A stretch of 64,000 nt of DNA from the human T2T-CHM13v2.0 reference genome, Homo sapiens. This document shows positions 15,824 through 34,713 of the stretch, piece after piece. Location of the stretch: assembly GCF_009914755.1 (NCBI RefSeq), contig NC_060932.1. One strand, 5' to 3'. Under the pieces are notes generated by a model. The model made no database searches and had not been told where the DNA came from. It saw only the letters and a program-made list of their open reading frames with translations. How positions within the stretch are numbered: the stretch's first letter is position 1; each line of letters opens with the position of its first letter. A program made the translations under genes and the position numbers.

Positions 15824-18800
15824 GGGCATTTTTTTATACACCTGTTGGCCATTTGTATGTATTCTTTTGAGAAATGTCTATTCAGATCCTTTGCCAACTT
15901 GTTAATAGGATTATTTGGTTTTCTTGTCTTTGAGTTGAGTTCCTTGTACATTCTAGATATTAGTCCCTTGTTGGATGAATAGTTTGCAAATATTTTCTCC
16001 CAATCTACAGGTTGTCTCTTCATTCTGCTGATTGTTTTCTTTGTTGGGCAGTAGCTCCTTAGTTTAATATATTCCCATTTGTCTATTGTTTGTTTTTGTT
16101 ATCCATGCTTTCGAGGTCTTAACCATAAAATCTTTGCCTGTATCAATGTCCTTAAGCTTTCTTGTTTTCTTGTAGCTTCTTGTCTTATGTTTTCTTCAAG
16201 TAGTTTTACAGTTTCAGACCTTACATTTAAGTCTTTAATCCATTCTGAGCTGACTTTTGCATAAAGTGAGAAATAGGGGTCTAGTTTCATTCTTCTGCTT
16301 ATGGACATCCAGCTTTCCCAGCATCATTTATTAAAGAGATTGTCCTTTCACCAGTGTATGCTCTTGGCACCTTTACTGAAACAGTTGGCTGTAAATACAT
16401 GGATTTATTTCTGAGTTCTCTATTCTGTCCCAGTGGTCTGTCTGTTTTTATACCAATACCTTGCTGAATTGGTTACTACAGCTTTGTAATATATTTTCAA
16501 GTCAAGTAGTGTGATGCCCCCAGCTTTGTTCTTTTTGATCAGGATTGCTTTGGCTACTCAGGGTCTTTTGTGGTTCCGTAAAAATTTTAGGATTGTTTTT
16601 TCTATTTCTGTGAACAATGTTGATGGTATTTTTATGGGGATTACATTTAATCTGTAGATTGCTTTGGGTAATATGGTCATTTCAACAACAGTAATTCTTC
16701 CAATCCATGAACAGGGGATGTCTTCCCATTTGTTTGTGTCCTCCAATTTTTTTTTAATCACTGTTACAGTTTCCCTTATAGAGGTCTTCCACCTCCTTGG
16801 TTAAATTTATAACTAGGTTTTGTGTGATTGTCTTGGTAGCTTTGTAAGTGGGATTGCTTTATTTTTCCATTCTTTTGTTATTGGTGTATGGAAACACTAC
16901 TGATTTTTGTATGTTGATTTTGTATCCTGCAACTTTATTGAATTTGTGTTATCAGTTCTAAAAGTTTTTTTGTAGAGCCTTCATGTTTTTCTACATATGA
17001 GATCATGTTGTCTGCAAAGAGGGACAATCTGACTTCCTCTTTTCCAATCTGGATGCCTTTTTTTTCTTTCTCTTGCCTGAATGCTCCGGTTGGGATTTCC
17101 AGTACTACGCTGAATACGAGTTGTGAGAGTGGGTAACCTTGCCTTATTCCAATTCTTAGAGAAAAGGCTTTCAGCTTTTCCCCACTTAGTATAACGTTAG
17201 CTGTGGGTTTGTCATGGATGGCCCTTATTAATGTTGAAGTATGCTCCTTTTATGCCTAATTTGTTGAGAGGTTTTATCATGAAAAGATGTTGAATTTTAT
17301 CAAATGCTTTTTCTGCATCTATTGAAATTATCAAGATATTTGTCCACTCTATTGATGCAATGTATCACATTTATTGATTTGCATAGGTTGAACATGAACA
17401 TATTTGAATATGCATCCCTAGGATAAACCCCAATTAATCATGGTGTGTTATCTTTTTGATTGTTGCTGGATTGTTTGGATTGTCTATCAGTATTTTGTTG
17501 AGGATTTTTGCATGTATGTTCATCAGGACTATTGGCCTGTAGTTTTCTTTTGTTGTTGTTGTTGTATTCTTATCTGGATTTGGTATTGGGATAATGCTGG
17601 CCTTGTAGAGTGAGTTAGGAAGAATTCCCTCCTCTTTAATTTTTTGGAATAGTTTGAGAAAAACTGGTGTTAGTTCTTCTTCTTAAGTTTGGTAAAATTC
17701 AGCAGGTAGAATTGAGAGGAAAGCCATCTGGTCCTAGGCTTTTCTCTTTTTGGAAACTTTTTATTTCTGATTCAATTGTGTTACTCATTATTGGGTGTTC
17801 AGGTATTGTTTCTTCCTGATTCAATTTTGGTAGGTTGTACGTGTCCAGTAATGTATCCATTTCCTCTGGTTTTCCAATTTGTTAGCATACAGTTGTTCAT
17901 AATAGTTGCCGACGATCCTTTGTACTTCTGTGGTATCAGTTGTAATGTCTCCTTTTTCATTTCTAATTTATTTGGGTCTTCTCTCTTTTTTCTTGGTTTG
18001 CCTCGCTAGCAGTTTATCAATTTTGTCTTTTTAAAAAACTTTTCATTTTGTTGATTCTTTGTATTTTTTCAGTTTCTATTTTATTTCTGCTCCTGCCTTT
18101 ATTATTTCTTTCTTTCTACTAATTTGAGGATTTAGTTTGTTCTTAACTTTTCTAGTTCCCTGAGGTGCAGCATTAGGTAGTTTATGTGATATCTTTCTAC
18201 TTTTTTAATGGAGGCACTTATTGGCTGTAAACTTCCCTCTTAACTCTGCTTTTGCTATATCCCATTTGTTGTAAGAAATTTTTTTTATTTCATTCTTAGT
18301 ATCTTCATTGACCCAGTGATTGTTCGGGAGCATGCTGTTTAATTTCCTTGTATTTATATAGTTTCCAAAGTTCCTCTTCTTCTGGATATCTAGTTTTATT
18401 CCATTTTGGTCTAAGAAAATACATGATATGATTTTGGTTTTAAAAAATTTGTTGAGACTTGTTTGGTCTATCCTAGAGAATGATCCATGTGCTGATGAGA
18501 AGAATGTGTATTCTCTGGCTGCTGGATAAAATGTTCTGTAAATACCAGTCAGGTCCATTTGGTGTAAAGTGTGGTTTAAATCCACAGTTTTTGCTGATTT
18601 TCTGCACAGCTGACCTGCCCAATTCTGAGCGTGAAGTGTTGAAGTCCCCAACTATTACCATATTGGAGTTGTTCTCTCCCTTTAGATGTAATAACATTTG
18701 CTTTATGTATCTGGGTGCTCCTATATTGGGTGCGTATATATTTACCATTGTTATATCCTCTTGCTGTACTGATCCCTTTATCACTATGTAATGACCCATG

Positions 18801-19867
18801 TTATCTCTTTTTGCAGTTTTCGACTTAATGTCCACTTTATCTAATAGAAGTATAGTACTCCTAATCACTTTTGGTTTCCATTTGCATAAAATATCTTGTT
18901 CCATCCCTTCACTTTCGGTCTATATGTCTTCATAGGTGAAGTAAGTTTCTTGTAGGCAGTATATAATTGGGTCTTAAAAAAAATCAGTTTATCTACATAT
19001 TTTAAGTGTGGAATTTAATCTGATTCAAGATTATTATTGACAGCTGAAGACTTATCCTGTATTTTGTTAACCTTCTGGTTGTTTTGTGTATCCTTGTTCC
19101 TTTCTTCCTCTCTCATTGGTTGTCACTGCAGTTTGGTAATTTCCTGTGGTAATATTTGGGTCCTTTCTCTTTTTCATTTGTATGTCTGCTCTTCTAGTGA
19201 GTTTTATGTATTTGCATGTTTTCATGGCGGTACATATTGCCCTTTCACTTTCAGATTTAGAACTCCCTTAAGCATTTCTTGTAGGGCCATCTAGTGTTGA
19301 TAAATTCCCTTGATTTTTTTCTTATCTGGGAAAGAATTTATTTATCTTTCATTCTAAAAAGACAGCTTTGTTAGGTGTAGTATTCTTGGCCAGTAGTTTC
19401 ATTCTTCCAGTATTTTGAATATATCATCCCATTCTCTCCTGGCCTATAAGATTTCTGCTGTTAGTCTGATGGGGCTTCCCTTATATTGTGATTCACTGCT
19501 TTCCTCCTGCTATTTTTAGAATTCTCTGTCTTTGTGACAGTTTGACTATAATGTGCCATGGAGAACACCTTATGGACTGAATCTATTTTGAAATCTTTTA
19601 GTTTTCTAAATCTGTATGTCTGTATCTTTTGTAAGATTCGAAAACTTTTCAGTTATTATTTCAGTAATAATTCTATGCCTTTGCCCCTCTATTCTTCTGG
19701 AATACCCAACACTCAAATATTTGGTCACATTATGGTGTCCCTCCCATATGTCACATATGCTTTCTTATTTTTTTGTATGACAATTATTTCAAAAGATCTG
19801 TCTTCAAATTCAGATGTCCTTTCTTCTGCTTGATCTAGTCTATAGTTAAAAGCACTCACAGTTGTAG

Positions 19868-20068
<201 letters not shown>

Positions 20069-20828
20069 TCAATTATAGCTTTTATTTCATTAGTTGAATT
20101 CTTCAGTTCTACAATTTCTGTTTCTTGTTTATGTTATCTGTTAAATTTCTCATTCAGATCATGAATTATTTTTCTGATTTCTTTACATTGTGTACCCTTG
20201 TATTTCACTGAGCTTCTTTAATATTATTTTGAACTGTTTCTCAGGCATTTTTCTTTTTTTCCATTGGACTCTTTCTGGAGAATTAATATGCTCTGCACTG
20301 CTGGGTCCAGCTGGCATTGTGATGCTGCAGCCCTCTGGATGGACACAGGAACATGTCATCAGAGCACTACGGATATGGAGATTCAAGGGCAATTGGGCGC
20401 CAGAGAAAGATGTGGTCTAATAGGGGCTGGACTGTCAAAATGGCACCCTGCTGCAGCTCATTGGGTCTCGGACAAGGGGGCTCCAGGCAGCTCCCTATTT
20501 TCCTATTCTAGTATCAGGGCCCATGAAGGCCAAGAAGCTCTCCTGAGGCCAGATTACAGGAGTCCATGGTGGGAACACAGATCACTGGGGATCTGTCTCT
20601 TACCTGTTCTCCACACTGGGGACTTTCTCCCGGCTCCAAGCCAATCCCAGCCAGGCCAGCTGTTCACTTCCCTCTCTTCCTGTGCCTCAGAGGTTCCTCA
20701 TCCTTTCCGTGTTTAATTTCAGTGTTCTCTCTTAAATGCTGCATTCAAAATGTGATTATCTACTGGCTGTTTTGGTCCACCTTTGTGGAGAAGGTGAATG
20801 TTGGGGTCCTCTAGTCACCCATCTTTAA

Positions 20829-21185
<357 letters not shown>

Positions 21186-21265
21186 TCTCCGTTAAAATCT
21201 TATGGGACAACTTTTGTATATGTGGTCTACTGTTGACTGCAACATTGTTATGAAGTGCATGAGCA
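21186..21265. mobile_element. Tigger3/MER7 distal terminus
   Basis: AATCTTATGGGACAAC...GTTGACTGCAACATTGTTATGAAGTGCATGA resembles the other Tigger3 end. Confidence 0.72.
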
Positions 21266-21928
21266 TATATTGTTAAGTGGTGAGAAAAAAAAAGTAAGAT
21301 GCAAAAGAGTATGTTAAGGTATGCTGCCAAATGCAAAAAAAAAAAAAGGGGGGGGGGGACAGGAGAAATGTATACATAAAGTGATCATTTGTATACACAT
21401 ACAATCATTTCAAAAGGTACAAAAGAAACATACAGCTCACCGGCTGCCTCCCAGAGGGGAGCCAAGTAGCTAGGGAATAAGACTTAGAATAATACTTTTC
21501 ACAGAATTCTCGTTTTTGTACTTTTTGAATTTTACACAGTGATGAATACATTACCTATTCAGAAAAGTGTTTTTAACTTTTAAAAATATTATATGGGTAA
21601 TACAAAACAAATACTATCTTGAAGGAAGTGGCAAATGGTACTTTTCAGCTGAGGTATCAAGCATTTCTAGAATACATCTGATACCCTATTTTCTCCTTTT
21701 CATCTAGAGGCTATAAATTTTGAGAGGATAAAGAGAGCTGAATAATTTTTTTAATCAACCTAATTTCTATCATCCCCCTTCTAGTTCAAACATGATGGTT
21801 TCAATTATAAAAACACTCTATGGGCATCGTTAGAAAGTGCTGCAAGCTGGATCCAAAGATGAATAATACCTATGATTTGATAAATGGTTTCACAGATCTA
21901 TGAAATAAATATTGAAGGAGCATTCACT

Positions 21929-22452
<524 letters not shown>

Positions 22453-23180
22453 GTACTTGTTTTTTAATGCTTGTCATTTTCATGAACTGTAGTCTTGCAC
22501 AACAGGCAGCTTGATGTGGCTCAAGGAGTACTAAGATTGAACAGACCTAGGCTCTAGTTCCATTTATTACCTTAACTATATAATTCTGACTAAGTAAAAC
22601 TTGGCAATCATAGCACCTGGACTGCCTATCTTTTGTACCTATGTACAAAATTGTTATATCAAAAAATATATGTATGTGAAAGCAAAATTCTTCAATATCT
22701 GAAATATTTCAATATTACCATCCATATAAAGTTTTAGGGGAACAGATTTTATTTCCCTTTTTCCTTCTTCTCTAGGTTTGTCCCGATTGGCTAAAGTTAT
22801 GAGAAACAAAACTGTATTTTTATCAGTCTTCTTTCAAAGTTAATAAATTATGAAGACAACCCATTTGCAAAGCAATCAAAGAGAGCAAAAGGTGAGTTTT
22901 TATTTTACTAAAAATTATATAAAGTCTCAAAAAGACAAAAGCAAATATTCAGTAGCAAATTAATAGTTGGAGCTTACACAGCACATTAACGAATGCCACG
23001 TTACTCTTACAATGGAGGGCTAATGAGAACAGGAAGTGGGATGGCATCAACAAGAGCAAAAAGAGCCAATACACAGTGAGGCTAAAAAAGTGACAACAGT
23101 TGTGGCTGGCACACTGGCTGCCTTCAGCCTTCCTAATGATATGCTTTCTCAATGGTCTAATGCTTATTTAAAACCCTGGC

Positions 23181-23481
23181 TTTTTTTTTTTTTTTTTTTT
23201 TTTTTGAGATGGAGTCTTGCTCTGTTGCCCAGGCTGGAGTGCAGTGGTGGTCATCTCAGCTCACTGCAAACTCTGCCTCCCAGGTTCAAGTGATTCTTCT
23301 GCCTCAGCCTCCAAGTAGCTGGGATTACAGGCACCTACCACCACACTCGGCTAATTTTTGTATTTTTAGTAGAGACGTTCACCATGTTGGCCAGGGTGGT
23401 CTCGAACTCCTGACCTCATGATCTGCCTGTCTCGGCCTCCCAAAGTGCTGGGATTACAGGCGTGAGCCACTGTGCCTGGCC
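23181..23481 (-). mobile_element. AluS
   Basis: Antisense Alu. Confidence 0.9.
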
Positions 23482-24511
23482 AAACCTTGGCTATTCTTAC
23501 TCAATAAGAGTAATGTGTTTACCTCTGTCACCACTGATGTGTTCCTGGCCCTGTGGAATAATTTTCAGACAAAACAAATCCTTTTTTCTGCTTTAAAAGG
23601 CAGTAAGTAAAAAGATGTATCCTGCTGGCTTGGAAGTTACCCTATCACACCATAACCATCTACTCAAAGTGTGATATCAAGTATGAAAACTGCTTTAAAA
23701 ATACAGAAGCATATAAAATGCAATGTTTGCTGGGAAGGGTGATGTCTTCGAAACCAAGAGCTAAGTTAGACATGTGATTTTTAAAATTCATATCCAATTA
23801 AACAGTTACTATGTGCATACAATGTTTTGCTTCTAGGCCTTTGTACATGCTGTTCCCTTTTCAGGAACTACTCTCTTTCCCACCGCACCCATTTGCTTCC
23901 CCACTTCACTAACTTCACATGTGACTTCCTCTGAACAGACTTCCCTGACTTTTTCCACCCCCTCCTCTGTGTTTCCACAGTGCTCTATTTTACTTCATCA
24001 GAGCACTTATCACCATGTGTATTTATTACAGAGACGATGTCTGCTTTACCTACTCTGTCACTCCTAATCACTGTGCCGGCCCCTGGAAGATGCTTAATAC
24101 ATATGAAACAACCCAAACAAAACAGTTAAAAATTTTTTAATTAAAAAAATTAAAAATAAACAAAACAATCAGATACTGCCAGATAGATGGAAATACAAAG
24201 ACGAAAAACAAGAACCTAAATTCACTAATAGGAGACAGGCTAAAAAAGTACTATGTAAAATGGTCTATGATGCAAGTGTGTACGGACATATGCAGCATGG
24301 AGATTAAGACAGGTCTTGAAGTCAGCCTGGGAGCAGGGTGGGTGATAAGGAGGAAGAAACAGAAAGAAACTTGACTAAACTAAGTCTGCAAGGTTGAAGA
24401 GCTAATTTATGAGGAAGAAAAAATGGATAACAATCATTCCAGACAGGAGAAAAATATAGGGGCAAGGGAAAACAAGATAGATCTGAGGAACTGCAGGGAG
24501 ACTGATGCAGT

Positions 24512-24700
24512 ACAATGGCTCTCGAACTCAAGCGTGCATCAGAATCGCCTGGAGGACTTACTAACATACGGGTTGCAAAGCCCCAAATTCAGTTTCTGAT
24601 TGAATAGGCCTGAAATATGGCTCAAGAATCTGCATTTTAAACAAGTTTTTGGGGGATACTATTGCTGGTGCTGTCCTCTACATCCACACTTTGAGAACTG
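24512..24700. mobile_element. MER5A
   Basis: GCATCAGAATCGCCTGGAGG...AAGAATCTGCATTTTAAACAAG...CACACTTTGAGAAC. Confidence 0.72.
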
Positions 24701-24917
24701 GTACAGTGGAACACAGAGGGCATTATGAAGAAGTGGCAATTGACAAGTTTGGAGCAACGCACGGGAATGGGTTACAACTCATATATACTATATCGCAGAA
24801 TTTGGTACTGAAGGATTTTAAGCAGAGAAGTTTAATTTTAGAAAGATGGTAATAACAGTTAACATTTATGGAGCACTTATGTGCTAAACACTATTTCTAA
24901 GGACTTTACATATTCTG

Positions 24918-25110
24918 TACTGTCCATTATAGCAGCTACTAGCCACATGTGGCTATTTCAATTAAATTATAACTAAATAAAATTTAAAATTCAGCTCCTC
25001 ACTCAACTGGCCATATTGCAAGAGCTCAATAGCTACACATGGCTCTGGCTATCACAGAGGGCAGTACAGATATAGAACATTTCCATCATTGCACAAAGTT
25101 CTGTCAGCCC
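24918..25110. mobile_element. MER3 inserted into a MIR (24850-25300)
   Basis: CTAGCCACATGTGGCTATT...AGAACATTTCCATCATTGCACAAAGTTCT; MIR motifs on both sides. Confidence 0.68.
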
Positions 25111-25304
25111 AGATGTATATTAACTCATTAAATTCTCACAACTTCACTATGAGATAAGCACTGTATTATCCCCATTTTATAGAAGAAAATGTGGCAAAGA
25201 ATGGTTAAGCAAATTACCCAAGGTCATAAAGCAAGTAGTCCCAGTGTGGGATAGAAAGCCCAGATGGTCTGGTCTTTGCGCTTGTGTTCTTAATCATTTC
25301 TTAG

Positions 25305-26140
25305 TAAGATCATTTTGGCAATAATGTGGACTAGACGAAGATGATACTGGAGGAAGGAAAATCAATGAAGAAACTACTAAGGTAATCAGGAGAGAAATGA
25401 TGAGGACCTGCTCTAACAGAGGACCTCGAATACAGAAGAGGTTAAATAAGAGATGTTAAAAAGTGTAAGAGAGAAGACATGGGATGGAATAGAACTGAAT
25501 CCAAAAGACAGACAAGTGAGGTATGGAAGATGACACCAAAGTTTCCATTTTAAGCATCAGAATCGATGGCAATGGCTCTTACCACTGTAAGAAATGACAG
25601 CCGGTTAAAGGAAGTTGATAAATTCCATCTGAGCCATTGTGAATCTGAAGAGACTGACATAAAATACTACACAATGGAATATACAAGTCCAGAGATCAGA
25701 AGAGAGCTCTCAAATTAAGATATGAAATTAGAGTCATCAGTAAAGAACACAGAGGTCTAGAAATAACTCAGGAAAGTTATCTCTAGATAACTCTCTAGAA
25801 AACAGTAAGAAATGAGTGAAGAACAGAACCTTAGGGAATCCAACATCTAGATACAGGCAAAAGATAAAATGCCAATAAACTGAAAAGGAATTACCAGAAA
25901 GATGGGAGGAAGGGGGAGACATCTAAGAATTATCCCAGAGGAAAGGGAAGAATGGTCAACAAATGCTAAATGCAGCTGAGAACTCAGGTAAAATAAGACT
26001 GAAAACTGTCCACAAGAGCAGTTTCAAATAGTGCTGCTCTAGGGCCAAAAGCCAGATTGCAGCAGACGTGGAATGAATATAGACTTTTTTCAAGAAGTTT
26101 AAAAATGAATGGAAACAGACAGGGTATACATAGAAAGAAG
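25305..26140 (-). mobile_element. L2 fragment
   Basis: Degenerate purine-rich L2-like motifs (GATGACACCAAAGTTTC, GGTCAACAAATGCTAAATGCAGCTGAGA). Confidence 0.5.
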
Positions 26141-26637
26141 GATCTGCAGTGGTTTTTTGGTTGTTTTTACTCTAACGGGAGAGTCTTCTGCCTGCTAAGG
26201 ACTAAAAAGTGAGCGAGAAAGATGATAGAGTCAAAAAATGGGACTATTTTTGATGGCACACGGCCCCTGAGGTAGCAGAGAATGGGGTCCTGAAAAAGAA
26301 TGGAGAGATGAGCCTTTCACACTTCTTTCACTGTCCTATGACAAGGTAGCAAAGCGGGCAGAAATAAGCACAGATGTATTTAGGATGGCATGAGAGGGGT
26401 ATAAACTCAATGAGCTCAATTGGACAGATTCCATTATCTCTATGATGTAGCATATGGGAGTATCTACTGAAAATGAGAAAAAAAGGTGGGAAGAAATACT
26501 GAATTTCTGCAGACAGAACAGACTATACACAGACATACATCTTCAAGCAGAGGGCAGAGCTCAGATTGGAGGCCACAAATTTGTAAGTGGCATCCCACCA
26601 CATGGTCATGAGATTTTCCCCAAAGTTAAAGCAGAGA

Positions 26638-27076
<439 letters not shown>

Positions 27077-30015
27077 CTATATACCACACAAGATCTTCTT
27101 GAGATAAAGCAGTGAGGGTAAGGAGAAAGAAAGGTGGAAGATTAGAGTAGTTATAGCCAGGGAGGACAATAAAACAGAATGTACATTTCCAGAAGTACAC
27201 TGTCCTGGGTCCAAAGTGTGTTCATGAGGGTGTGTGTGAAGCATGCTATTTCATCATTTGTTTGAATGTCAATTATGAGGTTAAAAAGTACCTGCTTCTT
27301 CTGTCTTCTGACTCTCTTAGCCAGTCCCCACTACAGAGATGTTGGTTCTAAGCATTAGAGCAATGGTTCTCAACCCCAGCTGCACATCAGATAAACATTC
27401 TTAAAAAAATAAAAAATAAAAAAAACTGAAACCTGGGCCTCACTACTAGTCAAATTTAATTAGTTTGGTATTTATTTTTTAAGCTTCCTCAGGTAATGCT
27501 AAAGTGAATTTAGTGCCAAGTACCACTGCTTTCCAAAGAATAAGGCTTTGGATTTATGTTACAGAATTAAAGAAAAACTGAGTGGCATGGAAAAAAGTAA
27601 GGCAGGAAAATGGTGAAAGAGGGTTTAAATAGTAAGTTAGATATTTAAAGATGCCCTGAATAGAAAAATTGGGAAACTATTAAAGTACAGAATCACACTC
27701 CACACACAAAAATAGTAATAATGTTTCTGAGAGTTCTGTTAAAGGTTCTAGAAAACTCAGGAGTTAAATGCTTCACTGTACCCAATGACTAAGAAAAAAG
27801 GAACCTAGACTTTACTAAGCTCAAAGAATTAAAAACCAACACTTAGCAGCTCTTCAGGTCAACTACAGTTCACAATTCCCTGGAGGAAAACGCAGCCCAT
27901 AGTACAAGTCTGACAACACCTCTAGATCTGCGGAATCACCTATTCTACATAAAAGGTAAACGGCAAAAGAAGCAACTATCTTCTTTAACACATTGAAAGC
28001 TTTTTTTTTTTTTTTTGGCTGCCAGATTTTATTTCCACACCAGTTATCTTCTTCTTAACAAGTTACACCTATAATCTTAAAATCGCCCAGTTATTTTACA
28101 AACATCTGTCCTCAATCTTAATCTTTATTTGCCACTATCCTAATGTACTTGCTAAGTTTTACAGCAAAGCAGAAGTGATGCAGAGATGAAGTGTTAGTCA
28201 TAAAGACCAATAAAGACAAAAAATGATGTGCTGTCTGCGGTCTTCCCCACACGGTCTGTTTACAAGTAACATTACAAATCTCTCAAGCTCCTCCCAGACA
28301 CTATGTTTATAGAAGTGCTAGACTATACACTTTTGGTCCACCCATATTTAATGTCTTTGGTAAAAATTACTTCATTAATTAATAGAAAGGTTTGTACCTT
28401 GCTATCTCTAGCTCAGTCTCAAGAATTTTAAATTCTAACCAATGATCCAAGTCACTCAGAGGTCATTTGTGTTGCAGACCTACTGAAAATTAGACTTACC
28501 TTTAAATGGACTTTTTTTCCCAAAACTCAAGGAGTACTTTTTCTTCCAGCATTAAGGTAGCTCAACATGTTCCCCTTCTAATATTTAGCCAACAACATAA
28601 GAAAACCTTGATTCCTCTAACTTGGGCCATAAGAAAGCAGTCTTTTCCCAAAAAGTTGTTTCAAAACTCTAACAAGAGTGTATAGCTATTTTCACACACT
28701 GAAATAGCAGATTTATATATTTGTGGTTTACGATACCACCAATATTCTCTAGACAAGGTTTATTCTATGGTTTCCATTAAGGAAGAGAATTCTAACTAAA
28801 TTATTTTAGGCTCACTGCTCTCTAATACTATAAAGCAAGTACTACAGCATAATGAAAAAAGCACAAAATTGAGAAGGGCCTGACCAATTCTTCCAGATGG
28901 TATTAACTGGCTGTGTGGCACTGGACAAGACACTTCAACCTCTTTGGCTCTCAAATTTCCCTATTATTTGTGAAATCAGATTAGAATCACTGTGATCCAA
29001 GATTGCTACTGGCTGAACATTCTACACAATGCAGAAGATACAAGTCTTTTTTTCTAATAATCTATGTTTCGTAAGCATAATACAATTCAACCATAAAAGA
29101 TACCTCAATCAACACTACAGCCAGACTTACTTTTCCTTAGCAGTCTTTTTTTTTCTTTAAATTGCTGACAGTTAAAAACTATTTTGACCCAGAATGGCAT
29201 ACTACTATAATCTCTATGCTTAATTTCAACTCCTAATAAAATAGTGCCACACTACAAATGGTTTCTTCACCTGTTCCCTAATGAAGTTGAAAATAATTCC
29301 TTGGCCTTGAATTTACAGATACATGTACAGGGCTGATGAAAGCCATCTGCTGGGAACTATGACTTTCATATGAAAGGAAAAAACCAGAAGGAACTGCTTT
29401 CATTTTCCTGGGAACCAGCTGCAGCTGAATGAGTCCTAATCCTGCTCCAGCTGGGACAAGCAGAAGGGTGAAGTTACTCCTGGTCTAATTCATTCGCTGC
29501 AGATCCTTTGTGAAATGACTCCACCCCTGAGTAGCCAAGTGGTAAATAACTTTATCAGAGTGAAGCTCTTAATAATTCCTATACATAAATCAGAGCATGA
29601 AAAGTATTCATTATTATAATTTTAAGAAACACTCTCCAGGTCACCAGAAAAAAATAAATTTTTAATTCTATTTAAACCAGCAAACTCCGCACCTAGATTT
29701 AGTCCTCTTACATAGCTAAGAACCAAGTCAGTATGACAAAGATATTTTCTCCAAAACTTTAAATGCAAAGAGAAAATAAATCTAATAGATGTTAAGGAGA
29801 TTCTTACAGCTTCAGGAAGACTGAATGATATAAATTTTCTTTCCAGATTCATCACAGTTCCTGTTATGTATTTGCTCTCCTAGTATTAAACATAACAAAA
29901 AAGTATTGGCCCACAAGTCCAGGATGAACTAAAGAAAAAACAGGCAGCAAGGGTAAAAAGAAATTTAATGTATTTTGCATTTCCTTATATTCATTTTCCA
30001 TTTGGTTTTCTATAA

Positions 30016-30372
<357 letters not shown>

Positions 30373-30737
30373 TAAATACTATTAAATACCTATTATATAA
30401 ATATATTATGCCTATAAAATTTAATCATATAGAATTCTTTTGAGACTTCAATAAGAAAGTACATGTTAAAACACTTAAAAAAAAAAGTCCCTAACACATC
30501 ATCAGCCCTTAACAAATGTTAGCTATTAATAGGTTTCTATAAGCAACTCTTTACGTTCCCTTAGCCTATTGATACAGAGCAAAGAAAAAACGAGGTTAAG
30601 ACCATTAGAACCTCTGGATTTCTATTCCTGAAGCCATTTGTGGTACCCGATGTCTTCATTAATTCCTTCCCTTTATTTCACCAATTGGAAGGTAGACCAA
30701 GAAAGAGTAAAGTACTTATTCGCTAGAAAAATGTCTA

Positions 30738-32772
<2,035 letters not shown>

Positions 32773-34054
32773 TCCCCATTTTAATCAGTATCTCTACATC
32801 GAAAATTTAAATTCTAAATTCCTGTCAAAGCTCTACTTCCTCTATAATTTAAAATATAAATTCCAATAAAACAAAATAATTTGGACTCTACTAAGAGTTG
32901 ACCAAATTGAGATGTAACTTAGAGTAGAAGGCAAGAGATTTATCATTGGATCTTTCTGCTCCAGGTTACCCAGCTGGGAGTAACCTGAACAATAACATTA
33001 GTTGACAATACCTACTCTTCCCTGTCCAACTGAACGCTTTAGCAAATTATAATTCTGTTCCAAAATACTATGCCACCAAATAACAATACTTTTAATGATC
33101 TGGCTGATTACCATGAAAGAGAATATTTTTCTGGGCTAGTAATACAGAACACAAACTATATATATTCAAGTAAATTATGTCAGTGTGTAAAAATGAACTC
33201 AGAAGTTTGAAATCAAGGTGAAAACTATTCTTGAAAGGAAATTGAATCTTTCCAAGACTCACTATATAAAGATAATTTTTTAAATGGACCATCACAGTCT
33301 CAAATAATTGCCTTGCCCACTAAACATATTATTATTTCTGAGTCATGATACTTAATTGTTATGAAAAAATAATAATGTAAAAAAATTACAGTTCATAAAC
33401 TAAAAAAGGCTTTCAAAAAATTTATTTTGTATCTCTATTCTGTCTGCTTTAATCCCCTCACAGGACCTAAATCTTAAATCCACTGTTCATGGCAGGCATT
33501 CAAATGTTTGCTAAATAAATAATGAATAACTGAAGTAAATGGAACAAATTACCTTACAGTAATATCTATATTTCAAAAAGAAATTTACAAAGAGGAAGAT
33601 GCTATTTAAGCCAGTTACACACTCTTCTCCTCACCTATAATCCCATGATTCAAGGAAAACAGTATTTCTGTCCCAAATTAAAGCACTCTGGTATAGCAAT
33701 ACAACTGATCCCTACCTTGCCTATCAGAAAATGTTAGTGACAACTGAAATGAAAATTAGTTAGCACAGAAATTATCTTTAAGGGAAAAAAATGGCATGTA
33801 GGTGAAACTTTTTTTTAATGGACCTCAGATATACAAAACTAGATTACTCCTAATCTTTGGTTCCTAACACATTCTTATCACTGGTCCAAAGTGAATTTTC
33901 AAATCTGTTCTGCAAAAAAAGAAAAATGGACACAATGAAGACGGGCGGGAATTTGTCCTTTAACAATTAGGAAATGTGCTATGAAGTTAACACCAAGGAC
34001 ATTCACGATTCTGTACTTGAGTGCAGTGATAGCCATCATACATTACTGCTCCTA

Positions 34055-34350
34055 AGAGGTGGTCAGTATGGCTATTACAAAGACTCTGGAGCCAGACTGC
34101 CCAAATTCAAATCCCAGCTCTGCCACCTAATATTTGTGTGACTTCAGCAAGTTACTGAAATCTCTTTTATGCCTCAGTTTCTTCACCTGTAAAATAACAG
34201 TAGCTATTTCACTGCTGGTACTGTTATGTTATTAATAACTAACTAACCTAACAGTAGCTAGTTATGTTAGAGGATTAAATGAGTTAATATATATACAGCA
34301 TTAAAATAACGCCTGGCACATAGTAAATAAACACTTTAATAAATAAACTC
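34055..34350 (+). mobile_element. MIR
   Basis: TCTGGAGCCAGACTGCC..TTCAAATCCCAGCTCTGCCAC..GCCTCAGTTTCTTCACCTGTAAAAT. Confidence 0.8.
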
Positions 34351-34407
34351 ACCATTAACTACCACACTCTAAAGTTAGCTCAAAAATTTCCCTTATAACA
34401 TGGGTAA

Positions 34408-34713
<306 letters not shown>

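Noticed and set aside
18205-18904. Endonuclease-like ORFs
   Set aside because: Frameshifted L1 ORF2 remnants; not an active element.
34192-34270. Short repeated words (TAACAGTAGCTA, GTTATGTTA) within a MIR
   Set aside because: AT-rich low complexity; local slippage is a sufficient explanation.
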